Notes: generated by a model not told the origin, from the letters alone. DNA of 62,664 nucleotides, filler included, from Platydemus manokwari (GCA_037951405.1; 5 parts of 5 records of this genome joined end to end with filler, not necessarily neighbours in it), one strand, 5' to 3'; shown: positions 14,314 through 28,335, numbered from the whole stretch's first letter. Numbers and translations are program-made.

Positions 14314-15038
14314 AGTTCGGTCCAATTTATTTAAATATAAATTTTTATAATTATTATTGACCAAATCGTAACGGCAGTCGACAATTATCTATATAGTGAA
14401 GGATTCCAATATAGCTTACCAAATATTTTCCATTGTTTCATCAATATATTCAGTTATTATCTATTGCCCTAGTTACCTTTATTAGTTTATTTTCTACTAA
14501 ATGTTAATAGATAATTCAACTAAAATTCATGCACTGATATTCCATTTAATAATTCAGTTTCTAAAATTCATCTACTAGTCATATTTTCTTCCTATTATTA
14601 ACAATTTATATTTGTTAATACAACTGCAATAAATAATATTTTCAAAAATGACCAAGTAATATTATTAAAATTTAAGAATATTCGGATCTTTCATTGTCGG
14701 TAATTTTCGTGCATGATCAAACTCATCATAAGGATATCTTAATGTGTGTTTTTAAAAATATTTTCCAATAAAAATGAACACAACCCACATACTGGTGAAT
14801 AATATTTGAAGTGGCGTTCATTCAGTTTATACATGACAATAAATTGAAATTAAATGACGGGTAAAATGTATGGAATAAAGCATCAAAAGAATTCTTGACA
14901 TAATATGCAAGGGCCAATAGACTCATGAAGAGTTCTAATTGTAAATGATTTGGTTCCAACTAAAGATAATGCCCAGAATTGATTAAATTGACAACGGTTT
15001 ATGAAAATCAATCTATAAAATCACAAATTTCATCTTAC

Positions 15039-18000
15039 TTGACAATTGTCTTGTAAAATTTTATAGGAAAATAATTGATCTGTATTATCTAATATGAGAT
15101 CATTGTCAGTGAACATTCTCAAAGGTTTCACAGCATTTGTCACAACAGGGATATTTTGACAATTAATGGTTATCAATTGGGAAGCTTTGTTGCTTATCAT
15201 TTTAAGAAAATTCAATTGCTGTTGATCCAAAGCATAGTTGATCTGGAAAATAACGGAATTGCTTATAATAATAATAATTAAATGCAACAAATAGAAAATT
15301 ATTATATCATTAAAGACCAGTAATCACGGCCATAGCCACAATTTGTCAATGAAACTATTTGGATTCATAATTGATGGCCTACGTGAACTCTAAATGCCAT
15401 AGATTCATTTATTTCTTTGACAGAATTATTTATTAAAATTCAAATTGTGCTCTATAACATATATCAAGATACCGTTCATAAAGATAATCATAATTATTAT
15501 TAATTTTATTATTAATAATATTTTACTAATAATAATTACAGTTACCGAAATCCAATTCATAAATTTCAGTTCGTTTTTGATGCGTGTTTTATGAAATAGT
15601 AACGGCTTACAGCAAGTGTGCGAGAAAATTCGATGTCTCATTAATAATTTAATATTGCCCAATAATGATAATTAAATTTTGGAACATCAAACAACGCATG
15701 CACATATAGACAGAAAAGAAAACATTTTGTCTTTGCCGGAGATGCTAAATTCAGATTTTATATCAGAGAAAAGAACATTAACAAAATTGATATAGAAAGT
15801 TTCAATAAATAATATTCTTATTGAGCCACCTGTTTAAAGGCCCAAATGTCTTCTGTCACCAATATAATTTAGTAAGATTTCTATTTTAAAACTACTTTTA
15901 CAGCTACTTTTGTGAGATAACAAATTACTAATTCTGAGTGGAAAAAAGATAAAAATTCTTTAAAAAATGAATACTAAATTTATAAGAGGAAGTGAATCAT
16001 CGACGGTTTCTGTATTTTATAAGTTCTATGACATAACTGGAGTTTTGTTTTAATGAAGCAGTTTCTCAAGTTGAAATGTACATAATAGATTCTTGTCAAA
16101 TGTCTCTTGAGGCTGAACAAGTATCAAATCGAAATCAAATCATGATTTCTCACAGTGATCTCGAAAACTGTGGTCCAATGGCTACCAAATGAAACATATC
16201 TCACAATTGGAGAAGAAGGAGCTGGATTTTATTCATAAATTTTAAATATCGCACAACAGAGTGAAATTTCGAGTTATCTATTGTTAAAAATGAAATTCCT
16301 TATTTATTATGATCAAATGAAAGTTTTATTATAAATTAATAAAATAAAATTTTATAATATAAAAATACTGAATAATAAACTCACGAATTTATGATCATTT
16401 CTTTGAGAAAACCAATTATATTGTGGTTTGTGCATTTGGCTATCAGATTTCAATGGTTTCACACATGATTTTCTTTGCTTTATTCTACAATACACCTTGA
16501 CGGCATCATCGATTTTGCCACCATTAGGGTCTATCCAGTACCAACCTGAGATGACAGAATAGAATGAAATTATAGTGGTGAAATATTTCTAAAATGTGTT
16601 ACCATCAGGTAAGGTTGGATTGACTTCAGCCAAATGATTACAAGTTCTTGCTGGTAAGGAGCTTGATCCATCTGGACGAATTATCGCATCATTTCCCAGA
16701 TATTTTGCGACTGTCGGTTCGTCAGCTTGAAAAATTACATAGGCTCTCGATTTTCCTGTCATAGAACTAACGCCTGGGGGTCCAGGAGGCCCGGGAGGTC
16801 CTGGAGGGCCTTGAATACCATGCTGACCTTGTGGCCCATCAACACCTTGAGCTCCAATACTTCCATGAGGACCTCTGTCACCCTAATTTTGGAAAGATTA
16901 AGATGCAAAATGTTTTATTACTAACCTGAAAGCCTTGATCTCCATTCTGACCTGGGTTGCCAACTGGACCTTTATCTCCTGGTGGCCCTCTTAAACCAGG
17001 ATATCCAGGTACACCATTTGGACCTGGTTTACCTTTCTCACCTGGTTTACCATCTTTTCCCCTTTCCCCTGTATATCCTTTATCTCCTCTAGCTCCTTTC
17101 TTTCCTACAGCACCTTCTTGACCATCTTTTGCATCAAGGCCCCCATCTCCGGGATGTCCATCTGGACCATCAGGACCAGGCTTTCCTTGAGGACCTTGAG
17201 GACCTACATCACCAGCACCTCCACCTCGTCCCCTAGCTCCACCAACACCCATTGGACCTATAGGACCTTTAATTCCTAATGGACCTGGAACGCCAGGATA
17301 TCCTTCTGGACCAGGTTCTCCAACAGGTCCAGTAATTCCAGGTGGTCCTATCGGTCCTTTAGGACCTTTATTTCCAGGTGGTCCATCTGGACCTTGAGGC
17401 CCAGGAAGACCTTGGGGACCTGAAGGTCCGACAATTCCAGGATTACCTTCATCACCGGGTGGTCCTTGAACTCCAGGTGAACCTAAAGGTCCTGGACTTC
17501 CAACAGGACCTGGCTTACCAACTGGACCTCGATTGCCCTATTAAAATTTAATGCAGATTAGATCATAAAAAGAGAAAAAGATAGATTATGTAAAACTTAA
17601 AATCAAATGTATTTAATCTCAGTTTATTAAATAAAGTGAAAATTTATTTCAACAATTTTAAAATTTATAAATCACCTGACTTCCAGTTGAACCATCTTGA
17701 CCAGGTGGACCCATGTCTCCTGGTTCACCTGAAGGTCCTGGCGGTCCGACATCACCAGGTTGTCCTTTCTTACCATCAGTCCCTGGTTTACCGGAAGGTC
17801 CCCGTGGTCCAGGAGGTCCCCTCAATCCCTCTGGACCAGGGCGTCCAACAGGACCTTCTGGACCAGGTTGCCCTATTTTTCCTGGATTACCAGTGACACC
17901 GGACATTCCATTTGCGCCTACAGGACCCAAATCTCCTTCACTACCATCAGGACCAGTAGGTCCAGTTTTTCCTGGTTGACCTGTTTTACCAGGTCCTCCT

Positions 18001-19134
18001 GCTATTCCATCATCTCCAGGAACTCCATCCTTTCCAGGAGGACCTGTTGAACCTTGCAAGCCAGTTGGTCCTGGATCTCCAGGTGGACCTTCTTTACCTG
18101 GATTTCCTCCAATTCCAGGATGACCTAATAATATTATCAATGCTAATGTATAAATTATTTAAATTGCCACCTCTTAAACCAGTTGGTCCGTCTTTACCAG
18201 CAAGCCCTTTACGTCCTGGAATACCCGATGCTCCTCTTTCACCTTTTAATGCACCTATAATTTTCAAAGAACCATCAGGACCGGGTGGGCCTTCAAGACC
18301 GGGTGGTCCAGGAGGTCCAGGTTGTCCTTTCTTACCGTTAGGCGATGAAGGTCCGGGCAATCCGGTTTTCCCTATAATACCCATAGGTCCTGGGCTACCA
18401 GGCATTCCAGGCATACCCTAATAAAATATTAAAAAGTGATTTAACACCACAATTAATGTAATTGAAAACTAAAAGAATAACACCAATATTAATTTGTTAC
18501 GCTTTTTATTTTGCAATTAAAAGCTTTCATTTTTCCCCATCGTGCTTGTTATGCTTATTTTCATATTGAATCACATTAAACCATCTTTCATGATAATAAT
18601 TTTAACACGATTGAGAACTTTTTTTTATATCATTTGAAAGAATAAAATTTTGAAACCATATTTAATATAAAAAGTATAAAATATGAAATTTAAATATAAA
18701 ATTGAATATAAAATTCTAACCGATATTCCCCGAAGACCGGGTGCACCGCTCCCACCAGTTTCACCCTTTGCACCGGGTTGGCCAAGAGGTCCAGGTTCAC
18801 CAGGCTTTCCAGGAGCTCCAGGTTTTCCATCCGGTCCCGGAGGACCAGTTGGACCGTTATCACCATCTTCTCCATCTTTACCAGGAAGTCCATTCGCACC
18901 AACTTTACCAACTGGTCCTGCTATTCCATCTTTGCCAGTTTGGCCAGGTGGTCCCAGATTTCCGACTACACCATCAGGTCCTACCTTACCTTCAGGTCCT
19001 TGTGGGCCTATTTTTCCAACTTTTCCTGTTTTTCCTCTTGCACCTTGAGGACCAGGTGCACCGAGAGGGCCAATTTCACCTTTATCTCCAACATCACCTG
19101 GACCTCCGGTAGGACCTGGTGGTCCTCTTGTTCC
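15039..19134 (-). CDS. Fibrillar collagen alpha chain (Gly-X-Y helix plus COLFI C-propeptide), partial: 5' exons and last exon not identified
   Basis: Exons 19134-18721, 18417-18171, 18124-17676, 17537-16926, 16882-16603, 16545-16385, 15242-15039 total 2367 nt in frame. About 200 Gly-X-Y triplets end in (GPP)4. COLFI motifs: [52 protein letters not shown]. Confidence 0.92.
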
Positions 19135-19863
19135 CTTAACACAATTCAATACATTTACTGTGTTAAACATATAAGCATAAAGATTTTTTACTCCGTGTTT
19201 TTATTAACAATTCCAGATTAAAATAAAATATATCCATAGAAAATCACTCGATTCATGAATAAAAACTGGTATAAAATCAAATCGCTATCAATATAAATTT
19301 AAATCGTCTTCGTATTATTTTATACTAAGCTAAAGTACAATAAAATAAAAATATTATAAGTGCTTTGACTAATATCTTATACTGTTAGCCAACGGTTTGG
19401 AATTGAGATTAAAAATGTTTTATAACACCATATGAAGGCTTACAAGTACAAAATTTAATCATCATCATAAAAAATTGCAATTAAAACTCATTAGATTTCA
19501 ATATTAAACTCACTAATAATCCAGCTCGTGATACTTTAATTTAAATTCAAGAAATCTAATTGTCTCGACTTGATAAAAATCAGAGCCCCTTAACTCTTTC
19601 AATACTACGGGGATATATAAGTCTCAGAGAAACCATATTTTCTAAAAATCTGAAATTATGTAAATATTTTCCTTTATTTATTTGCAGCACATATAGTTCA
19701 GTTATACAAAAATATTTTCACTGGCCAAATGTCGTATTGAAAGGGTTAAAATAATAATTATAAAATTGTAAATCACTTTCGGTGATTTTGTAACTGTAAA
19801 CAAGACCAGTTAAACTCTTACAAATATTAGTTTTTTTTTAATATTATTAAAATTATCGTTTAG

Positions 19864-20136
19864 TTATTATCTACCGAAAATGGATTTCCGCCTGCCTCAG
19901 AGGTGACCCATGCATTTTTGAGACATAATTCCGAGGAAAAATTAAATCAGTTGTTGCCGTTAGATTACGAATGGTTGAGTTATAAATATATATCGGCCTA
20001 TCTCACTGCTGAAAATATCGAAGATATCATCAGTAAGAAATATAGATTTATTTGTTCCAAGGATGCCATTGCTGAAATAAACGACTGCGCGAAAGCTTCA
20101 TTAAAAATTAAAAGAAAAAAGAAAGTTCAGAAATAG
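19864..20136 (+). CDS. Possible terminal exon of an unidentified gene
   Basis: A ttag acceptor at 19863 precedes a 90-codon open frame with protein-like composition ending KIKRKKKVQK*. No family recognised. Confidence 0.3.
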   Translation, partial: LLSTENGFPPASEVTHAFLRHNSEEKLNQLLPLDYEWLSYKYISAYLTAENIEDIISKKYRFICSKDAIAEINDCAKASLKIKRKKKVQK

Positions 20137-22642
20137 ATTTAATATAAAGATTATATTTTGTTTTTTATTCGCTCTTTTGAATTGAAATGAATGAGAACAA
20201 ACCAATCCAATCAATTAAAAATATTATTAATACTTGTTTTGAAAACTATTTTTTTCAATTCATATTTTTATGTATTACAGCGAATAGCAGTTCTTTATAC
20301 ACGAAATTCGAACATTTTCCATTTGAATCATAGGGATTGCTGATAAAAACCAATTACAATTCAAACGAGTAATCTATTGATATATCGGTTTAGCAGTTTT
20401 GATTGAAGGTTTTAATTGGCTTGAATATGTATTTTTCGGGTCTTAATTATCTCTGATTTCATTTAATCTATTATTGAATTAGATTGTATTGATTCCACTC
20501 GGGTTACTTTTGGATTCTATGGTATTTTTATTCTTCTACATTACGATTTAATCAGCCTCTGAAATTTAACCATGTTTGATGTTTCGTCGCCTGATGTTCA
20601 ACAACTTACAAGAAGACAAGATGAGAATTATAATTTTTTAAATGAAAAATCAACCTTGATACTTTTTGTAATGCCATCACTATTTGCCTTTCTAATATTC
20701 TTTGTTGCTATTTCTAACTCAAATATTATGTCCATCGGTGTCTTTGTATTTTTTAAACCTCGCTGACATCAGTAAGATAATGATTTGATAACTCAATCAA
20801 AACGATGGTAATCCTTATTATTGATCAATAAGCAGCGCTCTTCAACCGGTAATACGTTTATTAGTAAAACACATACAAATAAAATATGCTATATGACAAT
20901 AAGTAAAACAAACCACATATAACATCTTGAATAGATTTATATCTGATAAACTTCGTCGTATTATGGCAATAACAGGAATAAGCGGATTATATTGGCGAAA
21001 CTTGAATTTATAGTATCATTAAATTTATTGAAAATAATCGAGAACTTCTTTTTTAACATTAGAAGTAAATCGAAAGATACTCAAAATTTTACATTTATTT
21101 TTACAAAAACAAGTCATATTCGAATACACATATCAACAGTTTATGAAGTCGATTTTTAATTGGAAAAAATTTAAATTTACAAATTCAAAAAACCATGCAG
21201 AAGTGTTATGGTTAGACTAATAATTTGGTTTAACAATTTTGTTTAGTCCTGTTGGATATTCACACACACATTTATAGTAACGTATAAATAATATATATCA
21301 TTATAAGTGGGCGAAAATTTCAATGTAAATATAATTAAAAATATTATTAATCCGCGTTACCACGATGAAGCAAATATTGTGAATAAAAATGCCCACAACC
21401 CAAATAACACATTTTTCAGTTTCACGCACAATAATTTCGACATAAAATTTAAGTGAACGCATATTCACTCAAATTTTGATTTATTGTATTCACACCGGAA
21501 CCGATTTGAATTTACACATTCACAAACTGTTCGTGATTTTCATATTATTATGGTAACTGTTATTTTATACATTTTTAATTGTCTTTCATTAATCTCCGAT
21601 AGGATATTAGTTGAGACTTTTTAATTCACACTACTCCACAAAGTCGATACTGAATTTGTCGGAGCCTAAAAAACCAATTCTCCTCTAGTTCCATATCGGA
21701 GTAGGTAGTCGTTTAGATCCTCCGGCGATTTTTCATACAAGCTCACAACACCTTCACTGTTAAAATCATTATTGTATTTTGTTATTTATTGCATCATAAA
21801 TAAAACTATTCTATCCTTTAATATTTTCTTATTTATTATATAATAACACGCACCTAATTATCTGTTATGAGTCGGATACTTTGTGGAAATATCAATTATC
21901 ATCTTCTAACTAATCATCATTAATTAACGGTTTGAATAATCAAGAATATCTTGGTGATTTGAATCTAAACTCATCACCTAATTGAATTCCACCTGCCCTT
22001 ATTCTTTATAAACTCAACTCCACAAATAAATCCAACATCACAAAAAAGTAAATAAATGTCCAAAATAAAACTAAATATTTTAGAAAATGTGTTATTATAT
22101 AATATCAGAGGCAAAAATTAAAAATCTAATTAATTTTTAAAATATTACTTTATATTCAATTGAAAATGGATAATACCGGAGCAATCATTTAAAAATTTTA
22201 TAGAATATCTTCTAATTGTCTTCAAATTTTGATTAAAATAATGGAACTGTTAGCAGTTCAAATTGCTTTATTAATCTCGTAAATCAAGATTTAAAATCAT
22301 AGTCATAACTAAGAACAATTCATCCATTCAATTTTGATATAATTTTTTTAAAACAACTTGCATGGAATCTTAGAAAAATGCACATAGAATTAAATAATAA
22401 AACTATTTCATGCGCGAAAATTCATAATAATGAAATTAGGTCAAATGATTCCTTTTCTTAAATCAAGTCATATTTTGTAAGCTTTAATTATTTTCTTTGA
22501 TTAAATTATATTAATCAGTTTAACTGAAAAAAATAAAAATGATTTATTAAAACATTCAATAATATCTAATAGAAAAGTTTTTGACTTCATCGACGATTTA
22601 TTTATTACTTCTCTTTTTCAATGAATGAAGACATTATGAATT

Positions 22643-22742
22643 NNNNNNNNNNNNNNNNNNNNNNNNNNNNNNNNNNNNNNNNNNNNTTAATTAATTAANN
22701 NNNNNNNNNNNNNNNNNNNNNNNNNNNNNNNNNNNNNNNNNN
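22643..22742. other. Artificial contig spacer N44-TTAATTAATTAA-N44
   Basis: Identical 100-nt spacer. Confidence 0.97.
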
Positions 22743-22927
22743 CATGGAGATTATCGGAACTATTAGATTTTGTTTTGTTTATCTCCTAAATTGCATTACC
22801 AAGGTGCTTATTGATTATTTTTAATTTTTTTTTCTTTCAAACTGTTGCCAAATAAAATCAAATTTAAGAAATTTAAATCTCTCGAATGTCATCTATAATT
22901 ATTTGATAAATCATCGCCAAAAGTTAT

Positions 22928-24600
22928 ATGGAATTTCTTGGATTCCTTGATCATTCTTTCAAAGTGTTTATGTTTAGAAATTTTTTTCCCTGTTCTTTAG
23001 CATCTCGAAAATCTAACAACTTCTCTGAAATTTTGAAGATCGATCAGTCTAAAAAATTAATTACTCTCTGTGGTAATAATAATGAGAGTGACATTAATAA
23101 AGAACCACAAATCACGGCAATAAATACTCCTATGTCCTAGTGCACTACTATTAGTAATTACACAAACTGAAAGCCAAAATTATAGCAACTTAATATACCA
23201 CTCAGAAGCATTGATTTTTCATCAATATCTGTATATACTAATGTTGAATTCATCAATATGCAAAGAATAACAAACTCAAGCCAAATTTTATGTAGAAAAA
23301 AGTCATCGATTTGTCACAGGAATAAACAGATTAAACTTTACGAAGACGGGCTGTAATTCACAGTTTTATAATCTTATGAATTATATCTTTTGTAGAAGAA
23401 ATAACAGGGAATCCTATTCAACTGGTCAAGAAGGAACTATCTCAGATCACTTATGATAATGGATCGTCTGACAATAAAAACTGATGGAACAGAAGTTTTC
23501 ATTCTTATCCCTAAAAATGAATAAGAATAAATAAGGATCGATTGAAATAAAACATATTCTTGAAGGCGGATATAATATTACCACCCAGTTTTCATAATCT
23601 CAGAAGTAAAAAATTAATGGTCTTTTATTAACTCAATTATTCTCATTAATCATGATATTGATGATTGCATAGGATTAGCAATGTTAGGATTTGATAAAAT
23701 TCCATTTATGCATAATAAGATATTAGGGTAATAATAACTATATCAAAACTTATTGTATGATAATGTCTATAATCTGACTCATTAAATTATGTATAATAGT
23801 CTTTCGTTGTAACATCGCTACCCTATTAATGATATATATATATATATATAAAAGTTATTATCAAAAAATTTTAATACCTGAAATGCAATAAAATAATGAA
23901 ACAGGAAAAATAGAACTTAATTATATTTATCCGAGTTGATCAAAGTTTAGCAGCAATAATTAGGCATCTTCTTTCCTATTGCTAAACGATTCTATGTGAA
24001 ATATAAATATCAGAAATGAGTGAATTTATGTTTGAGATTTGATTTTAGTTGTATACACTATGCAACTATGTTGGAATAAGTGTTTCTCTAAAAAGAAAAA
24101 TAAATACTTCTTTGCATTTCGGGTTTTGTTATAGACCTACAATCCACAGGACAAATAGCTCATTTCAACACCATCCAATCATCTTTTTGAGAATAAAGTA
24201 CATCTATTGAAGTTTTATATCTCAAATTTCGGCTTCCTTAATACAATCCAAACAAGCTTAAAATATACACCTTATAACACCTAGCCATATAGATTACTTG
24301 CAATATCTATCAGCCCCTTTTCCATTCTATCAACCTATTAATTAGTCTTTCTCAAGAACACGAATATACTTATGTTTATATTTGGTTTCACGATGCCATA
24401 TTCGACTAGGAGCCTGTGATATCGACATAAAATCTCGTACCACGTTGATAATGACTATAAACCCTAGCACCAAAAAGCTAATATATGACAAGCACAGTTA
24501 TCATGAAATTGCGATAACAAGGACCAAAGATTTACCATTTGTATTGAAGAATAGCAGAAAAATGTTCATAGGCCGTTAGACAACCATTGGGTTTATAAAA
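22928..24600 (+). mobile_element. Possible highly decayed LTR-retrotransposon pol relic
   Basis: Only short hints: EFLGF (RT-like) near 22930, TYNPQ (integrase-like) near 24135 and KMFIG near 24560. No continuous frame. Confidence 0.25.
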
Positions 24601-25689
24601 TTAAATTTGTAAATAATTATAATAAACAATCACTTAACTATCTTATTGTTCAGTATTTGAAATTTTATAAAAATGAACCTTAGTATTTACAATAATTACA
24701 TAGTTGTTTCCCCGGATTAAATTCAACTCCTTTCAGAAATAAACTATGAGGCTTAAAAATATAAATAATTAGGATAATGAAAAGAATTGACAACATAAAA
24801 ATATGTAATAATAAAATATACTACAAAAAAAGCTAGATAAATTGAGATTTAATATCTGAAAGACGAATATAATTGAAAGTGTGGAACTCTAGGTCCTGCC
24901 TAACTAGAACATCTTTGTGGAAAAAAAGATAGTGTTCCACATGAAGTAGAAATACATGCAAAATCGAATACAAATTCAAAATTACTTATCATGTGTTTTA
25001 TGAAAAATGTCAAGCAATAAACGTCTCCTTTTGAAACGAATTAAATTCTTTTTCACTTCAAATTGGTTCGATAATCACATGTCTTTTTAAAACAAGTTCG
25101 TCTTAGAATAAGGTATAAAAACGTGTGTAGCAAATTTAAAATGAAATTATCTTAAAATTATGTACGCCGGTAATTAATGTACGGAAAGATGTCTGATGTT
25201 GTTTATACGCTATTTTCTATTCCTCAATACGTACTTTATGTTTCATTTTTTTGTGCAATTCATCTTTAAATGTAAGTGGATAGACCCGGAAGGAATTATA
25301 AAGGCGATTTTTAGAAGAAAAGATCTGAGGAAAAGTAAAAAATTATAGATGTTTTGGTGTTGCAAAGAGTTAAGGCACGTATTTAAGTGAAATTACTCAA
25401 ATTACTTCAATGCAAACCAGCAATGAGAAGTCATATGGATAGCAAGATATGGAAATTAATCCAGCTGAATGACGTAAAAAATGATATTAAGATTATGGCA
25501 TCAAAGGGGACACACGACTAAATGATCCAGCAAAATCTGCGTAGGAAATTTCTAACTGAAAAATTTGGTCAAGGCAAACAAGGCAAAGAAATTTTTCCGA
25601 TTCAACACATGATATGAAACTAAGTTCCATCGAAAAAATTTCATTCTTTTACACTAACAAATCTAACAATGATCTCAATATTTTAATTT

Positions 25690-26830
25690 TGCAACAATAA
25701 TTTAAAGACCAAAATGTTGGAATGTTACCTGCGGATTGTTATAATAATACGTGCAAAAGGATCACTTATCTCACAAATACTATCCGTGTTATAAACAAAT
25801 CGTCAAAAAGAGACAAAATCTGTCACTTTCATGTCAAACAAACATTTATTAGAATTACTCTAAACAACTACTGTGTATTCGTTACAGTCAATAAGTAGCT
25901 AATAACTGCGGAATTTGTGGAATCAATGTTTTTTCATGAAGAAACCCCTTTGAAATCTTTCTACCTTGACTCCGAGATAAATGACAAATTATAATAATAA
26001 TTAATAATATTTAACGTATATTGATATTATACAAAAAATTAAAAATCGAGTATCTTGCCTGAAGAATCCAGGAGTAATTTGTTAGGAACCTCGAACAAAA
26101 ACTTTATTCGTCGATAAAAATGTGGAAGATCCACTACAACAGATATATTTAGTGGATATTAAATAGGAAAGAAGAACAATTTTAGATAAGAAAATATGCC
26201 TCAGGCCCCAGATTTTCACATCAACATTTGTGGAAATATGGAAAAATCCTGAAGATGAAGAAGAAGTGTTACTCGTATTAAGATTTAAAATAAAAGATAA
26301 GTTATTTTAGAATATGGTGTATAACAACATCTGGAAAGCATCAGAGTCAGATTTAGGGAAAATTTTGGAGTTGTCGTGCCGTAATTCTTACCGAAGTCTA
26401 TAACCTTATAGAAATAGCGACTAAAATCTTTAATAAAACCCCTATGGTTGAATTACTCATGCTTTGTCAAATAAATCATATATATATATATATATGGAGA
26501 GATTCTATTTGGTAAGATTACTATAGATCGGAAGCAGTGATCTCGAGAACCCCTTGAAACAGAATGCCTCGATCGCCACTGGACAATTGATCAGACTTCG
26601 CAACACAGGCATGAAGAAGTCTCATTTAACAACTCATGATGAATAAGAAACGCCATTGAAGCACGACTATTGTAATCCACCCCACTTTAATGACTTTCGG
26701 ATAAAATCAGCAAAAAACGGGGAGAAACAGTAAAGCATGCACAAGGAGGACATCTAATATGGGTGAGAAGACGTTCAGCCATTCAAATAAATTTCAGAAG
26801 AGATAGTGGAAAGTGAACCTTAACGGATCC
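25690..26830 (+). mobile_element. Decayed LTR-retrotransposon (Gypsy-like order) relic
   Basis: Fragments in gag-protease-RT-integrase order: RPKCWN/CYN..H (zinc-knuckle-like, about 25710), FYLDS (protease-like, about 25960), PLETECLD..G (integrase-like, about 26550). Many stops. Confidence 0.4.
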
Positions 26831-27369
26831 AATCCTTTAAAAGTATAGACCGGGGCAAATCATAAATAATTCTGTGAATAACATCATAACGTAAAAAAAT
26901 AATCAAATCATTTAATTATATAAAAGTTGTCGATTCTAGAGGATTCTTGAGGAAAAATTATTTAAGAAATATTATGAAGGTTAGAGTATAACAGTTACAA
27001 TTTGAATTTTTTTACAAGATGATTACTCTCGAATCAGTACCATTTTTCGATTTTTTGCATAAAATAACTGCGAAAAAAATCGCAGTATTGCGAATATATG
27101 ATCTTTAAATTTTCATTTCCACGAAAGACAGATGTTTATTTCATTTTTTATTGCATTTTGCGTTTTTCATTCTTAAAAAAATAGATTTCATTAGGAATCT
27201 ATTTCACTCTATTTCTTTGTCAATGTAAAAGAAGTATTTTTTCAACAACACACAAGAAAGATCAAATTGATAAAAATCATTAAAAATATCCGAAAAATGG
27301 AAATATTCGAAATCGACTTCAAACATACAGCCTAGAGCACAACGCCGTCAAATAATGAAAAAAATTCTA

Positions 27370-27660
27370 AATCAGGATAACACAATAGATGATATATGGC
27401 AGATCATTATCAGCTATAAGAGATTAATTAAATCAACGCCGTGCATGTAGTCGAATTAATGATGATGGTGAATGCAGCGAGAATCCCAAAAAATAGATGA
27501 TATTCAGAAAAGTTACATCGATAATATATTTGGATTTCAGAACCACAGATAAAAAATTTTTAATCTGTCTAACATTTATGAATGTGTGGACGAGTTTCGA
27601 ATTTATTTAAGGACATTGAATTACAAAATAATAAACCCATGGAAAACATTGAAAATTTGA
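27370..27660 (+). mobile_element. piggyBac-like transposase relic
   Basis: NTIDDIW followed by IFNLSNIYECVDEF..INPWKTLK matches the layout of the piggyBac first-Asp motif (VDE..KP.K). Related in sequence to 3579-3720. Confidence 0.5.
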
Positions 27661-27731
27661 CGAAAAAATTTTAAAAGATAAATTTATATTTATAACATCT
27701 GAGTTGTTTGTGATAATTGTCTGATCTTGAT

Positions 27732-28335
27732 TTAAAAACCCATATGGCTCTTGCTATTCTGAATCAATGCCTTCAAGAATTCGGATTGCGCAGTACTTCC
27801 CAATTCGACAAAGCCATTGGCTGGAACTCCTTCGCAATCTCGATAGATTCCATTAAGTTTCTGTAATAAGAATTCGTCTGAATTCTTGTTTAAACTGTGA
27901 TTGTCTTTTCGGGCTCTTTTATTTTGAAACCATATTTTGAGCTAAATTATAATGAAAAAATAATAAATTCCATGAAAACAAATCAAAAGCATTTGAAACC
28001 CGTGATTTGTCGATATTTAGAGTCTTGGATAATATTTCCTCATCTGATCCGCTCAAATACTGAACACGTTGAAAGTAACTTTCCAAAATAGATTTCTGAT
28101 TTTCAGTGTATGGTACTCGAGCTTTTCTATTTTTGTAATTTGACTTCAGCTTAGAATGTTTTCGTTTACCGAAAATGGTGCTGTTTTCGGACGAATTGCG
28201 TGAACAAGAATCATCTAGTGTTACAATAAAATTGATATGAATAACTAAATATTTATTGTTACCATGATCTTCGACTTTGATTTTCGAATACTTTTCATCA
28301 GAATTCAGTATTGTGTCGATAAAAAAATCTTTCAT
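27732..28335 (-). CDS. Divergent ANTP-class (NKL/Dlx-like) homeobox protein with N-terminal eh1 motif, about 165 aa
   Basis: Exons 28335-28263, 28214-28000, 27941-27732; the first 48-nt intron is in frame and less certain. FFIDTIL is an eh1 motif. Homeodomain: RKARVPYTENQKSILESYFQRVQYLSGSDEEILSKTLNIDKSR|LKIWFQNKRAR, with the intron at codon 44/45 and Q50. Confidence 0.9.

Noticed and set aside
14080-14364. ORFs containing X runs
   Set aside because: They are open only because they cross N gaps. The same applies to the end of ORF 35682-35993.
17636-19221. Pro/Gly-rich plus-strand ORFs
   Set aside because: Antisense shadows of the collagen Gly-X-Y codons.
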